Numbered from the stretch's first letter, positions 1-10,209 are shown. The stretch: DNA of 64,000 bases from Candidatus Pacearchaeota archaeon (GCA_016188825.1 JACPHA010000011.1:80317-144316); one strand, 5' to 3'. Translations and numbers: made by a program. Notes: generated from the sequence alone by a model not told the origin.

Positions 1-2268
1 AGGTTTAACTCGAATTCTGGAAAGAGAATTTTTTCTATTGACACGCCACCGCCAACGCTGTCTGGAAAAATGCACATGGGGCATGCTTTTTCTTATTCGC
101 AGGAGGATTTTATTGCACGATATAAGAGAATGTCAGGGTTTGAGGTTTTTTATCCTTTCGGAACCGATGATAATGGTTTGCCTACCGAAAGATTGATTGA
201 GAAACTGAAAAATGTTAAGAGCAAATTGATGCCGAGGCATGAATTTGTTGAATTGTGCTTGAGAACATTAGAGGAAGTAACTCCGGGGTTTGTTCATGAT
301 TGGAAAAGTCTTGGGATAAGCTGTGATTACGGAATTTATTATTCAACAATTGGCGAAAACTCTAGAAGAATTTCGCAGAAATCTTTTTTAGAGCTATATG
401 AGAAAGGATTGATTTATAAGGAAGATTTTCCTACCATTTATTGTCCTGAATGCCAGACACCGATTGCGCAGGCAGAACTGGAAGATAAGCAAAAAAGTAC
501 ATTTTTTAGCACATTGAGATTTAAAGTTGGCCGGGAAGATTTGCCGATTGCAACTACGAGGCCGGAATTGCTGGGGGCCTGCGTTGCAGTTTTTGTAAAT
601 CCGCAAGATAAAAGATATAAGGAATTTGTTAGGAAAAAGGCAAGAGTGCCGTTGTTTGAGCATGAAGTTCCAATTATGGCGGACGAATCTGCAAATGTAG
701 AAAAGGGAACAGGAGTTTTGATGGTTTGTTCTTACGGCGATAAGTACGATGTTGACGCAATTAAAAGACATAAATTAGAGCCGAGAGTGATTTTTAATAA
801 TAATGGAACTTTGAAAATTGAGCCCTATGAGGGTTTGAGCATAAAGAAAGCAAGGGAGAAAATTTTAGAGGATTTGAAAGTAAAGAAATTGATAATTGAA
901 CAAAAGGAAATTGAACATAGCGTGAATGTGCATGATAAATGCGGGACTGAAATAGAATTTCTGCCTGTTGAGCAATGGTTTGTTAAGATTCTAGATAAAA
1001 AAAGCGAGTTGATAAAGCAAGGGAAGAAGATAAATTGGATGCCGAAACATATGTTTAAGCGATATGAGAATTGGATTAAGGGTTTAGAGTGGGACTGGTC
1101 TATTTCTAGAGACAGATATTTTGGTGTTCCAATCCCGATTTGGAGCTGCAAGAAATGTAAAGAGATAATTCTAGCCGACGAAAGTGAACTGCCCGTTGAT
1201 CCAATTAATGTGAAAAAATTTTGCAAAAAATGTAAAAAGGAAGCAGAGCCGGAGAGAAAGGTTTTAGATACTTGGGCAACATCTTCATTGACGCCGCAAA
1301 TAACTGCTTCTTTAGTTGGAAATAGAGTCAGGATTCCTTTTTCTTTGAGACCGCAGGCGCACGATATAATTAGAACGTGGGCTTTTTACACTATTGTTAA
1401 ATCTTATTTACATGAAAATGAAGTTCCATGGAATAATATTGCCATTTCTGGTTTTTTGACTTTGCAGGGAGAGAAAATGTCAAAGAGCAAGGGAAACGTT
1501 GTTGCGCCGCAGAGAATTATTAATAGCTATGGCGCAGATTCTTTAAGATATTTGTCTGCATCTTCTAAACTTGGGGAGGATAGAGATTTTATTGAAGCTG
1601 ATGTTGTTGCTGGAAAAAAATTTGTCACAAAAATATTAAATGCGGCAAATTTTGTTTTTATGAATTTAGAATATCAGGAAAAAATGCCTGCGAAACTTGT
1701 CGAAACAGACAGATTGTTTTTGACAAGATTGAATAATTTAATTGCCGATGTTACAGAAGCTTTTGAGAATTATGATTATGCAAGGGCAAAAATAGAGACA
1801 GATAATTTCTTTTGGAAGGTTTTTGCAGATAATTATCTGGAAATTGTCAAGGGCAGGGTTTACAATGGCAATGAGGAAGAAAAGGCTTCTGCTTTCTATG
1901 CTTTGTATCAGGGATTATTGGTAATTTTGAAGTTAATTGCTCCCATAACGCCGTTTGTTGCAGAAGAGATTTATCAGAAACATTTTAGAAAATACGAGGA
2001 GGGGAATTCAATACATTTGGAAAAATGGCCGAAAAAAATTGGAGTAAGGGAATTAAGACACGATGAAAAAGTTTGGGACAAATTTATTGAGATAATTGCT
2101 AAGGTCAGACAGGCAAAATCAGAGTCAAAGAAGGCGATGAATTCTTCTGTTTTTTTGGCAATCACTAGAGAGGAGATGAAAGAACTGAAAGATGTTTTAG
2201 CTGATTTGAAATCAGTTACGAACGCGAAGGAAATTAAGGAAGGGAAGTTTGATGTGAGAGTTTCGTGA
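1..2268 (+). CDS. valS: Valyl-tRNA synthetase (class I aaRS), 5' end truncated by window edge
   Basis: Frame is open from base 1 (..IDTPPPTLSGKMHMGHAFSY: PPPT-SG and HMGH class I signature typical of archaeal ValRS); KMSKS motif (KMSKSKGN); 732+ aa. Confidence 0.7.
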   Translation, partial: RFNSNSGKRIFSIDTPPPTLSGKMHMGHAFSYSQEDFIARYKRMSGFEVFYPFGTDDNGLPTERLIEKLKNVKSKLMPRHEFVELCLRTLEEVTPGFVHDWKSLGISCDYGIYYSTIGENSRRISQKSFLELYEKGLIYKEDFPTIYCPECQTPIAQAELEDKQKSTFFSTLRFKVGREDLPIATTRPELLGACVAVFVNPQDKRYKEFVRKKARVPLFEHEVPIMADESANVEKGTGVLMVCSYGDKYDVDAIKRHKLEPRVIFNNNGTLKIEPYEGLSIKKAREKILEDLKVKKLIIEQKEIEHSVNVHDKCGTEIEFLPVEQWFVKILDKKSELIKQGKKINWMPKHMFKRYENWIKGLEWDWSISRDRYFGVPIPIWSCKKCKEIILADESELPVDPINVKKFCKKCKKEAEPERKVLDTWATSSLTPQITASLVGNRVRIPFSLRPQAHDIIRTWAFYTIVKSYLHENEVPWNNIAISGFLTLQGEKMSKSKGNVVAPQRIINSYGADSLRYLSASSKLGEDRDFIEADVVAGKKFVTKILNAANFVFMNLEYQEKMPAKLVETDRLFLTRLNNLIADVTEAFENYDYARAKIETDNFFWKVFADNYLEIVKGRVYNGNEEEKASAFYALYQGLLVILKLIAPITPFVAEEIYQKHFRKYEEGNSIHLEKWPKKIGVRELRHDEKVWDKFIEIIAKVRQAKSESKKAMNSSVFLAITREEMKELKDVLADLKSVTNAKEIKEGKFDVRVS

Positions 2269-2633
2269 CAAGAAAAATGGCCTAAAGAAAGGTATAACTA
2301 GTAACTTTATAGCTGTATTTTTATGGAAAGAAGAACGCTGAGCGAAAGACTTGTAAACCATTTCGTATTTGGAGCTATAGCTTTGTCTGTATCATCTTCA
2401 GCATATTTGATTGGAAATTACTGTTTGTTAAGAATAACTGCCGATAAAATCGTAATTAAAGAAAGTAAAACCCCGATTCAAAGTCGAATAGTGTTTTACG
2501 GGTTTGATAGGGATGGAAAGAACTCATAATAAAAACGATGACGGATTTGATGAACCAAAAAGACTTTTTGGGTAATAAAATCCTCTTATTTTTTTACAAT
2601 CTCGGATAAATTTATAAGCTTAAAATATCAATA

Positions 2634-2858
2634 ATGAATATGAAAAGAATAGTAATTGACGGAAGAATAAGACACGGAAAGCCGATAATAGAAGGAACAA
2701 GAATTTCAGTAGAGGACGTATTGGAAATGCTCGAAAGCGGCATGAGTTATGAAGAAATTGAAGAAGAGTATGGTTTGACTAAAGAAGATATTTTGGCTGT
2801 TATAAAATATGTTGCATCACTTTTACGTGGGGAAGAAGTTCATGAGTTGTCAAATTAA
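2634..2858 (+). CDS. DUF433-family small protein (antitoxin-like)
   Basis: 74 aa; GKPIIEGTRISVEDVLEML..GMSYEEI motif pattern of DUF433; immediately followed by DUF5615-like gene. Confidence 0.5.
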   Translation: MNMKRIVIDGRIRHGKPIIEGTRISVEDVLEMLESGMSYEEIEEEYGLTKEDILAVIKYVASLLRGEEVHELSN

Positions 2859-2860
2859 AA

Positions 2861-3220
2861 ATGAGATTTTTATTAGATGAGAATATTCCTCTTTCTATAC
2901 TTAATCTATTAAAAAATCTTGGGCACTCTGTTAAGCATATAAAAAATATTTTTCTATATAGCAAGTCTGATAAGGAAATATCTGAATATGCAAAAAATAA
3001 AAAAGCAATTTTAATTACTAGAGATTTGGAATTCGGTAGCACCATATTGTATCCAAAAAATTCACATTACGGCGTGATTGTTTTACGCTTACCTTACTAT
3101 TTTAATGCAGAACAAATTTCAAAGTCACTAAAGGAGTTTATTAGTTCCGTAGATAACAAAGATATGACAGGCAATCTTGTTATACTGGAGCTAAATAGAT
3201 ATAGAATAAAAAAACTTTAA
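2861..3220 (+). CDS. DUF5615/PIN-like small protein (toxin-like partner of DUF433)
   Basis: 119 aa, starts MRFLLDENIP (acidic N-terminal PIN-like motif), 3-bp spacing after upstream gene. Confidence 0.45.
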   Translation: MRFLLDENIPLSILNLLKNLGHSVKHIKNIFLYSKSDKEISEYAKNKKAILITRDLEFGSTILYPKNSHYGVIVLRLPYYFNAEQISKSLKEFISSVDNKDMTGNLVILELNRYRIKKL

Positions 3221-3251
3221 AAAAATAAACTTTATTAATCATGTTTTTTAA

Positions 3252-3330
3252 TAATTACAGAGAATTGCTAAGCAATTCTCTGTTTGTCCAATTGTGAAAT
3301 GAACATATATAAAACACGCAATTGTCCATA
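3252..3330 (+). repeat. R1 family copy (shortened/degenerate)
   Basis: attacagagaattgc-taag-caattctctg ... gcaattgtccata. Confidence 0.5.
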
Positions 3331-3335
3331 TTAAG

Positions 3336-4862
3336 ATGAACGAGAAAGAAATAATCGAGAAGAAGAAGAAACAGGAACTTGAGGAATTGATTGAGATACT
3401 TGGAAATATAAAAGGAAGACATACGGAGCTTGTTAGTGTGTTAGTGCCTGCTGGTTATAATATTAATTCTGTTACAAGACAGCTGGAGAGCGAGAAGTCT
3501 ACTGCTGCGAATATTAAATCAAAGCAGACAAGGAAAGCAGTTACAGACGCGCTTGAAAGAATAATAAGAGAATTAAAAGGAATGAAGGAAACTCCTCAAA
3601 ATGGACTCGCAATTTATTGCGGGAATATTTCACAAAAAGAAGGAGAAGTTGATATACGACTTTGGGTTTATGAACCTCTTAAACCATTGAATGTCAGGAC
3701 ATATAGATGTGATCAGGAATTTGTTATTGAGCCATTGAGAGAGATGGTTGCTGTAGACGAGGTTTATGGTTTGCTTGTGATTGACAGACAGCAGGCAACG
3801 ATTGGTTTGCTCGAGGGAAACAACATAAAAGTTTTGCAGAGATTGACTTCTGGAGTTCCAGGGAAGGTAAGGGCGGGAGGACAATGCTTGTCGCCGGATG
3901 CACTCCTTGTTAAAAAAAATAAAGGAGAAATTAAATTAGAGGAAGTTAAGAAAGGAGATTTATTGGAAGGAATAAATTTTGATACAATGAAAAAAACATT
4001 TAATAAATGCATTAATAAGTGGTCAGTTAATAAAAAAGAAAGTTTATTAATAATTACGAATGGCGAATTTCCCTCTTCGCATATTGACTGCTCTATAGAT
4101 CACACTTTTTATGTTTATAATAAAAACAAAGTTGCGAAGAGAATTGCCTCGCGTTTGAAGGTGGGCGACTTTTTTATTGGAGTGGAGGGTAAATTAATTA
4201 AAATATTATCTATAGATAAAGCAGCATCTGGTCGACAGTTAATAGATATTGAAGTTGAGAATAAAAACTTTTTTGCAAATGGACTTTTAGTGCACAATTC
4301 ATCTCAGCGTTTTCATAGAATTACGGAGGGGTTAGCAAAAGAATTTTATAGGAGAGTTGCGGATGATATGAAAAGGCATTTTTTTGACATGCCTAAGCTA
4401 AAGGGAATTTTGATTGGGGGGCCAATACCAACAAAAGAGGATTTTCTTGCAGAAGGAAATTTAGTTACAAAGCTGAAAGAAAAGGTTATTTCGATAAAGG
4501 ATCTGGGCTATGTTGATGAGCACGGCTTAGAGTTATTAGTTGAAGATTCTCGGGATGAAATTAAAGAGCAGGAATTAATTAGAGAGAAAAATTTTGTGAC
4601 AAAGTTTTTCGAAATTTTGGGCAAGGACAGCAAGATGGCTGTTTACGGTTATGAGAAAGTTAGAATTGCTTTACAAAGAGGAGCTGTTGCACTTTTACTT
4701 ATTTCAAAGGGTTTTGACAGACAGAAATCACAAGAGCTTGAAAAAATGGCTGAAAATATAAGTTCAGAGGTAATTTTAATAAGCGAAAATCATCATGACG
4801 GAGAGCAATTTTATCATTTGACAAAAGGTGTTGGAGCAATATTGAGGTTTGGGCTGGAATAG
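3336..4862 (+). CDS. prf1: Peptide chain release factor aRF1 interrupted by a mini-intein
   Basis: 508 aa; aRF1 N-domain, GGQ motif at aa 181-183 immediately followed by Cys-initiated insert ending HN|S, then SQRFHR continuation. Confidence 0.8.
   Translation: MNEKEIIEKKKKQELEELIEILGNIKGRHTELVSVLVPAGYNINSVTRQLESEKSTAANIKSKQTRKAVTDALERIIRELKGMKETPQNGLAIYCGNISQKEGEVDIRLWVYEPLKPLNVRTYRCDQEFVIEPLREMVAVDEVYGLLVIDRQQATIGLLEGNNIKVLQRLTSGVPGKVRAGGQCLSPDALLVKKNKGEIKLEEVKKGDLLEGINFDTMKKTFNKCINKWSVNKKESLLIITNGEFPSSHIDCSIDHTFYVYNKNKVAKRIASRLKVGDFFIGVEGKLIKILSIDKAASGRQLIDIEVENKNFFANGLLVHNSSQRFHRITEGLAKEFYRRVADDMKRHFFDMPKLKGILIGGPIPTKEDFLAEGNLVTKLKEKVISIKDLGYVDEHGLELLVEDSRDEIKEQELIREKNFVTKFFEILGKDSKMAVYGYEKVRIALQRGAVALLLISKGFDRQKSQELEKMAENISSEVILISENHHDGEQFYHLTKGVGAILRFGLE
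3885..4298 (+). other. Mini-intein (138 aa, Hint domain only, no homing endonuclease) inserted directly after the GGQ motif of aRF1
   Basis: Insert starts CLSPDALL (block A), internal T/S-x-x-H, ends NGLLVHN followed by +1 Ser; host protein without it reads GGQ|SQRFHR as in standard aRF1. Confidence 0.75.
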
Positions 4863-4910
4863 TTTTATTAGAACAACAAACAATATAAATGTGTTTTTTT
4901 ATGATATTGC

Positions 4911-6947
4911 ATGGATGGAGTTGAATTAAAACCGAGGCAGAAACTGAAGCAGGAAGATTTGATCTTGGAGGCGAAGAATTTTTTTGATGCGCACAAGAAA
5001 GAGATAGGGGAGTCGATAAGGAAAGAGGGAGGGACTGTTAAGCTGTTTTTTCCGCAGCTTGCTGCTTATTCTCCCTTGCTCTCGGAAAATTTGATTGAGC
5101 TGCCCGAAGAAACTTTAGCGATTCATGAGCTTGCTTTGGAGGAATTGGAGCTAACGAAGAAACCAAGGGTCAGGGTTTTTGATTTGCCGAAGAGCTGTTT
5201 TATTAAAATTCGAGCGATAAGAGCGAAGCATCTTGATAGATTGGTTTGGATTGAGGGAATTGTTCGACAGGCATCCGATGTTAGGCCACAAGTAGTAAAT
5301 GCAAAATTTGAATGCCCGAATTGCGGAGCGATTTTGTCTGTTTTGCAAATAGAGAGAAAGTTTAGAGAGCCGTCGAGATGTTCATGCGGGTGGAAGGGTA
5401 ATTTTAAACAGTTATTAAAGGAGATGGTTGATGCACAGAGGCTTGTGATAGAAGAGTCTCCAGACTCGCTTGAGGGAGGAGAGCAGCCAAGAAGAATTAA
5501 TACTTTTTTAAAAGAGGATTTGGTTGATCCTAGAATGGAGATTAGAACCACGCCAGGAAGCAAAGTAAGAGTTTATGGAGTTTTAAAAGAAGTGCCAGTT
5601 CCGTTGCAAACAGGAGCAATTTCTACAAGGTTTGATATCGCTATAGAAGCAAATAATATTATTCCGATGGAAGAATCTTTCGAGGAGATTGAAATGAGCG
5701 AGGAAGATGAAAGGCAGATAAAAGAGCTTGCGAGCCATCCTGAAGTTTTCAGTAAACTTTCTAAAAGCATTTCGCCGAGCATTTATGGTTTTGATTTGAT
5801 AAAAGAGGCAGTTTTGCTGCAACTTTTTGGAGGGGTTAAAAAAATAAAATCTGATGGCGGATTGGCAAGGGGAGATATTCATATTTTGCTTGTTGGAGAT
5901 CCCGGAGTTGCAAAGTCTGTTTTGCTGAAATATGTTTCGGGCATTGCGCCTAAGGGAAGGTATGTTTCTGGGAAAGCGGCGACGGCGGCGGGATTAACTG
6001 CCGCAGTAGTCAAAGATGAATTTTTACGCGGCTGGGGTTTGGAAGCAGGTGCGATGGTTTTGTCTAATAAAGGAGTTGTTTGTATTGATGAAATTGAAAA
6101 AATGGAGGAGCACGATAGAAGCACGATGCACGAGGCAATGGAACAGCAAAGTATTTCCATATCTAAGGCAAGCATTCAGGCAACTTTAAGAGCAGAAACA
6201 ACTGTTTTAGCTGCCGGGAATCCGAAGCTGGGGAGGTTTGATCCTTACACACCGATTCCGCAACAAATTGATATTTCCCCCGCGCTATTGACAAGATTTG
6301 ATGTTATTTTTGTTATAAGAGATTTGCCAAATAAAATACAAGATGAAGCAATTGCCTCGCATGTTTTGGATGAGCATAAACAAAAGATGGATAGATATAT
6401 TGTTGAACCTGGCTTGATGCGAAAATATATTTCTTATGTCAGACAAAAAATTAAACCTAAATTGACAGATGGAGCAATAGAAGAAATTAAGAATTTTTAT
6501 ATTAGACTGCGGTCGCAGCCTGGCAGGGCTGATTCTGAGATAAAGCCGATTCCTATTACTGCGAGACAATTAGAAGGTATTATAAGACTCAGCGAGGCGC
6601 ATGCAAAGATAAGGCTCAGCGATGAGGTTACAAGAGAAGACGCAAAGGCGGCAATTAAACTTTTGAAAACTTCATTGATGCAAGTGGGCTATGACGAGGA
6701 AACAAAGTCTTTTGATATTGATAGAATCACAACAGGAATAAGTTCCTCGAAAAGAGGAAAAATACTTCTTGTCAGAGAAACTTTGTCAAAACTTGAGTCA
6801 CAATTAGGAAAATTGATTCCAATTGAAGAAATACAAAAAGCTCTTCAGGGAAATTTGTCAGATGCAGAGCTGGAAGAAGCTCTCGAACAATTGTCGAAGG
6901 CGGGGGATATTTTCAAACCAAAGAAAGGATTTGTACAGAGACTTTGA
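4911..6947 (+). CDS. mcm: MCM replicative helicase
   Basis: 678 aa; Zn finger CPNCG..CSCG, Walker A GDPGVAKS, Walker B/arginine finger region, S-T-A...GNPK; no intein. Confidence 0.85.
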   Translation: MDGVELKPRQKLKQEDLILEAKNFFDAHKKEIGESIRKEGGTVKLFFPQLAAYSPLLSENLIELPEETLAIHELALEELELTKKPRVRVFDLPKSCFIKIRAIRAKHLDRLVWIEGIVRQASDVRPQVVNAKFECPNCGAILSVLQIERKFREPSRCSCGWKGNFKQLLKEMVDAQRLVIEESPDSLEGGEQPRRINTFLKEDLVDPRMEIRTTPGSKVRVYGVLKEVPVPLQTGAISTRFDIAIEANNIIPMEESFEEIEMSEEDERQIKELASHPEVFSKLSKSISPSIYGFDLIKEAVLLQLFGGVKKIKSDGGLARGDIHILLVGDPGVAKSVLLKYVSGIAPKGRYVSGKAATAAGLTAAVVKDEFLRGWGLEAGAMVLSNKGVVCIDEIEKMEEHDRSTMHEAMEQQSISISKASIQATLRAETTVLAAGNPKLGRFDPYTPIPQQIDISPALLTRFDVIFVIRDLPNKIQDEAIASHVLDEHKQKMDRYIVEPGLMRKYISYVRQKIKPKLTDGAIEEIKNFYIRLRSQPGRADSEIKPIPITARQLEGIIRLSEAHAKIRLSDEVTREDAKAAIKLLKTSLMQVGYDEETKSFDIDRITTGISSSKRGKILLVRETLSKLESQLGKLIPIEEIQKALQGNLSDAELEEALEQLSKAGDIFKPKKGFVQRL

Positions 6948-6979
6948 AAGAATTGCAGAACAATAAATAATTTAAATGC

Positions 6980-7639
6980 TTGTTTTTTCATGTCGTAATG
7001 GAAGAGAGCCAGAACGCAATTTCTTTAGGAGAAAAGAATTTTAAGAGATGGATTGCTTATAAATTTAGGATAGGAGACATTATTTCTGGCAAGACAATTT
7101 TGGAAGGTGATAGAGTCAGGGCTTTGGAAATTAATGGAAAACAAGTTGGTAGGGTTAACATTATTGCGAATGTTGTTGACAAGTATGTTCAGGAAGGCGA
7201 GAAGAAATACGGGACATTAACTTTGGATGATGCAAGCGGGCAGGTAAGAGTCAAATTTTTTAGAGATGATGTTGAAAAGCTGAATGAATTTAACCAAGGG
7301 GATACTGTGATGGTTATTGGTTTAATTAGATCGTGGAATAACGAGCTTTATTTGACTCCTGAAATAATAAAGAAAAAAGATTCTGATTATTTGTTAGTAA
7401 GGAAACTTGAGCTGGAATTGGAAAAGCCAAAGGTTCTTGACAAGGAGAAAATGGCTGAATTAAAAGACAAGATAATTTTGATGGTTAAAGAGGCTGATGG
7501 AATTGGTGGGATTGACGTTGATAAAATAATAATGGAGCTGAAAGAGTCACCCGAAATTATTAATCAGGAAATTAGAAGATTGCTTGAGGAGGGAATTGCT
7601 TATGAGCCCAGGCCGGGGAAGTTAAGGTTTTTGGGCTGA
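6980..7639 (+). CDS. OB-fold plus C-terminal winged-helix protein, RPA2(RPA32)-like ssDNA-binding candidate
   Basis: 219 aa; OB-fold-like segment (RVNIIANVVD..TLTLDDASGQVRVKFF..GDTVMVIGLIR) and C-terminal wH; directly downstream of mcm. Confidence 0.4.
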   Translation: MFFHVVMEESQNAISLGEKNFKRWIAYKFRIGDIISGKTILEGDRVRALEINGKQVGRVNIIANVVDKYVQEGEKKYGTLTLDDASGQVRVKFFRDDVEKLNEFNQGDTVMVIGLIRSWNNELYLTPEIIKKKDSDYLLVRKLELELEKPKVLDKEKMAELKDKIILMVKEADGIGGIDVDKIIMELKESPEIINQEIRRLLEEGIAYEPRPGKLRFLG

Positions 7640-7908
7640 CATATAAATATTCAAAAATAGACATAGAATTTTTTTCTAAACCTGCAAGTGTTTTTTGTTT
7701 TTCAGGAAGAAATGAAAAAGAAGGAGAAAACTCAGCGGAGAGGTTAAAAAAGTGTGGTTTTGCTAATGTAGAAATAATTCCATGCATTCCGGAGCCGCCT
7801 GGTCACCCTTCTTTTTTTATCTACTGTAAGGGAGATTTTATTAATGGAAATAGAATTAATCATTTTTTAGAGCATGCAAATCAGTATGCTGAAAGAGAAT
7901 TTTGATTT

Positions 7909-8427
7909 TTATTTTCTTATTTTCTTTACTCTTTTGTTTAATCTTAATGCAAGATAAATTAACAATACTAATGCAAGGAACAAAAGCGAAAATCTCCAGA
8001 TGTTTGAGAAATTACGCCAGTTAATTGCGCTGCCCCAGAAAATTGCCCAGATGCCAGAGCCGATTAATGCGCTTCCTACTGGCTCGACGCTTAGGACTCC
8101 ATAGCCGGCGATTAATGCTATGATTCCGACTATCAATGAAACAATAAATACGATTTTTGCATATTGATCTTTAGCAGCGTCGAGATCTTTTTGGCAGTAA
8201 AAGTTATAATCACAATAATTATTTATCCATTTCCCGCTCCGTTGTTCGCAAGCAGTTTGATTAATCAGGGGCGCGCCATTTGGAGAAGGGGCATCGTAAA
8301 ACTCTCTGCCTTGACAGAAATCTTCATATTGCGGCGAAGGGTAAAAGGCTTCTATACCCTGCCAAAGCGCCAGAGCAAATACTATTACAATACCAATTCC
8401 CAAAACAAGATTTTTTATGTTTAACAT
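7909..8427 (-). CDS. Membrane protein (N- and C-terminal TM helices, Cys-rich extracytoplasmic loop)
   Basis: 172 aa ORF with hydrophobic helices at both ends. Confidence 0.45.
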   Translation of the reverse strand: MLNIKNLVLGIGIVIVFALALWQGIEAFYPSPQYEDFCQGREFYDAPSPNGAPLINQTACEQRSGKWINNYCDYNFYCQKDLDAAKDQYAKIVFIVSLIVGIIALIAGYGVLSVEPVGSALIGSGIWAIFWGSAINWRNFSNIWRFSLLFLALVLLIYLALRLNKRVKKIRK

Positions 8428-8477
8428 ATTGAGATGTTGGCAAACAAGTTTATAAAGTCTTCTTTGAGATTAGAATT

Positions 8478-8888
8478 ATGAAAACATACGAACAATTATT
8501 GGATCGGGCTTATAAGGAAGTTAAAGTAGTTGAGAAAAGTTCTGGCAGGTTTGAAATACCAAAAGTTATAGGAGAGGTTTCTGGTAACAATACCTTTATA
8601 ACGAATATTTATCAGATAGCAAGTTATTTGAGAAGGCCGGTTGAGCATTTGGTTAGATTTTTACAAAAAGAGTTGGCTGTTTTTGGAAAACTCGCCAACA
8701 ACAGACTTGAGCTAAAAACAAAGCTGAATTCATCTAGAGTCAATGAGAAAATAGAAAAATATGCGAAGGAATTTGTTATCTGCCAAGTATGCGGGAAGCC
8801 GGATACTGAAATGACGTCGGAAAAAGGAATAAAATACAAGCACTGCTTGGCTTGCGGAGCGAAATCGCCGATAAAGTATCATTTGTGA
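8478..8888 (+). CDS. eif2b: Translation initiation factor aIF2 beta subunit
   Basis: 136 aa; conserved aIF2b core and C-terminal C2-C2 zinc ribbon (CQVCGKPDT...CLACGA). Confidence 0.75.
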   Translation: MKTYEQLLDRAYKEVKVVEKSSGRFEIPKVIGEVSGNNTFITNIYQIASYLRRPVEHLVRFLQKELAVFGKLANNRLELKTKLNSSRVNEKIEKYAKEFVICQVCGKPDTEMTSEKGIKYKHCLACGAKSPIKYHL

Positions 8889-8902
8889 TAGTCCAGGAAA
8901 AA

Positions 8903-9211
8903 ATGTCAGACAAATTTTATATAAAAATCCACAGAGCTTATAGGAATGTGGTCGCTGTTTGCGATTCTGATATTTTAGGAAAAACATTCGAGGAAGGCAA
9001 GATGCAACTTGAGGTTAGGGAGAGTTTTTATAAGGGAGAAGAAAGAACAACAGAGGAAGCGATTGAAATATTAAAGAGCGAAAAAATGAATGATTCAACT
9101 TTTAATATAGCTGGGAAAAAATCTGTCATGCTTGCAGGGGAAGCAGGGATAATTAACAAAGGAAATGTAGGAAAAGTGCAGGGAATACCATTTGCTTTGG
9201 TTTTGATTTGA
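8903..9211 (+). CDS. Conserved small archaeal protein (DUF424-like?)
   Basis: Start placed at MSDKFYIKIHRAY.. just after aIF2b stop; 102 aa. Confidence 0.4.
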   Translation: MSDKFYIKIHRAYRNVVAVCDSDILGKTFEEGKMQLEVRESFYKGEERTTEEAIEILKSEKMNDSTFNIAGKKSVMLAGEAGIINKGNVGKVQGIPFALVLI

Positions 9212-9231
9212 GCTTTTATTTATAGATTAAT

Positions 9232-9329
9232 TATGGACAATTGCATTACTTATGTGACATTTATTTGCAATTGTACAGACAGAGAATTGCAAAAAACATG
9301 AGACATATCCTATGCAATTCTCTGTAATA
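9232..9329 (-). repeat. R1 family copy (full, inverted orientation)
   Basis: reverse complement of attacagagaattgca(loop)tgcaattctctg tctgtacaattgcaaataaatgtcacataagtaatgcaattgtccata. Confidence 0.7.
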
Positions 9330-9405
9330 ATTTTTTAAGGAGATGACTATTTTTAGTATCTGTCAAAAAGAATAATTTAAAAAAGTTTGTTTTTCTTATG
9401 TTAAG

Positions 9406-9915
9406 ATGGAATCTTTTTATCTTAGCTCAAAAGGAATCAGGGAAACAGCAAAAAGCAAGGAAAATTTAGAGAGAAAACTAAGTATTAAAATAAAGATAGA
9501 GAACAATCACGTTTTTATCGAGGGAAAGCCAATGGCGGAGTATGAAACATCCCTCGTTTTTAATGCTATTAAGTTTGGTTTTTCTGTTAGCAAAGCGTTG
9601 TTGCTTAAAGGAGAAGATATGGCTTTTAGAATAATTCATATAAGGAAACATACGAAAAGGAAACTTAAAGATATAAAGGCGAGGTTGATAGGAACAAAGG
9701 GAAAAACAAGAAGAGTTATGTCTGATATTTCAAACTGCGAGATTTTGATTAGAGAAAGTGACGTGGGGATTCTGGGAAGCTTTAAAGACGTGGAAAATGC
9801 AGAAACAGCGATTATTAGTTTAATTAAAGGATCGAAACAAGCAAATATGTATAGATATTTAGAAAAAATGAATAGAAGAAAGAAAGAAGAGGACGGAATG
9901 ATGAATATTAAATAA
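9406..9915 (+). CDS. KH-domain RNA-binding protein (Dim2/Pno1-like)
   Basis: 169 aa; KH type I motifs IGTKGKTRRVM and ILG.. GS. Confidence 0.55.
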   Translation: MESFYLSSKGIRETAKSKENLERKLSIKIKIENNHVFIEGKPMAEYETSLVFNAIKFGFSVSKALLLKGEDMAFRIIHIRKHTKRKLKDIKARLIGTKGKTRRVMSDISNCEILIRESDVGILGSFKDVENAETAIISLIKGSKQANMYRYLEKMNRRKKEEDGMMNIK

Positions 9916-10110
9916 TAAATTAAAAATAAAAATTTTAATAAAATTTTACCTCTTTCTTCTCTTCTTCACCGCTTTTTTCTTCTTCGCCATTTTTTTACCT
10001 CTTTTTTCTTTCATTAATCAGGAAGTTTTTGTTTATAAATTTATCTACAAATTTTATTTCAAGGAACTTGACAGAAAACCACACACTTTAGTGTGTGTCG
10101 TTCCTTGAAC

Positions 10111-10188
10111 ATGTCAAGAATTTAATTGTCAGAATTCTTGGTGTCCAAAAGTCCAAACACACACAAGGACTTTTTGATTTTCAAGAAA
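10111..10188 (+). repeat. R2 family copy (~70 bp, two hairpins)
   Basis: atgtcaagaatttaattgtcagaattcttggtgtccaaaagtccaaacacacacaaggactttttgat. Confidence 0.7.
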
Positions 10189-10209
10189 AAAATAAAATTT
10201 GCTATTTAT

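Noticed and set aside
2323-2529. 68-aa ORF between valS and the DUF433 gene
   Set aside because: No recognisable motif, hydrophobic/odd composition; left uncalled
4911-6947. Possible intein in MCM (common in archaea)
   Set aside because: Length (678 aa) and uninterrupted Walker A/B and Zn-finger spacing are consistent with an intein-free MCM
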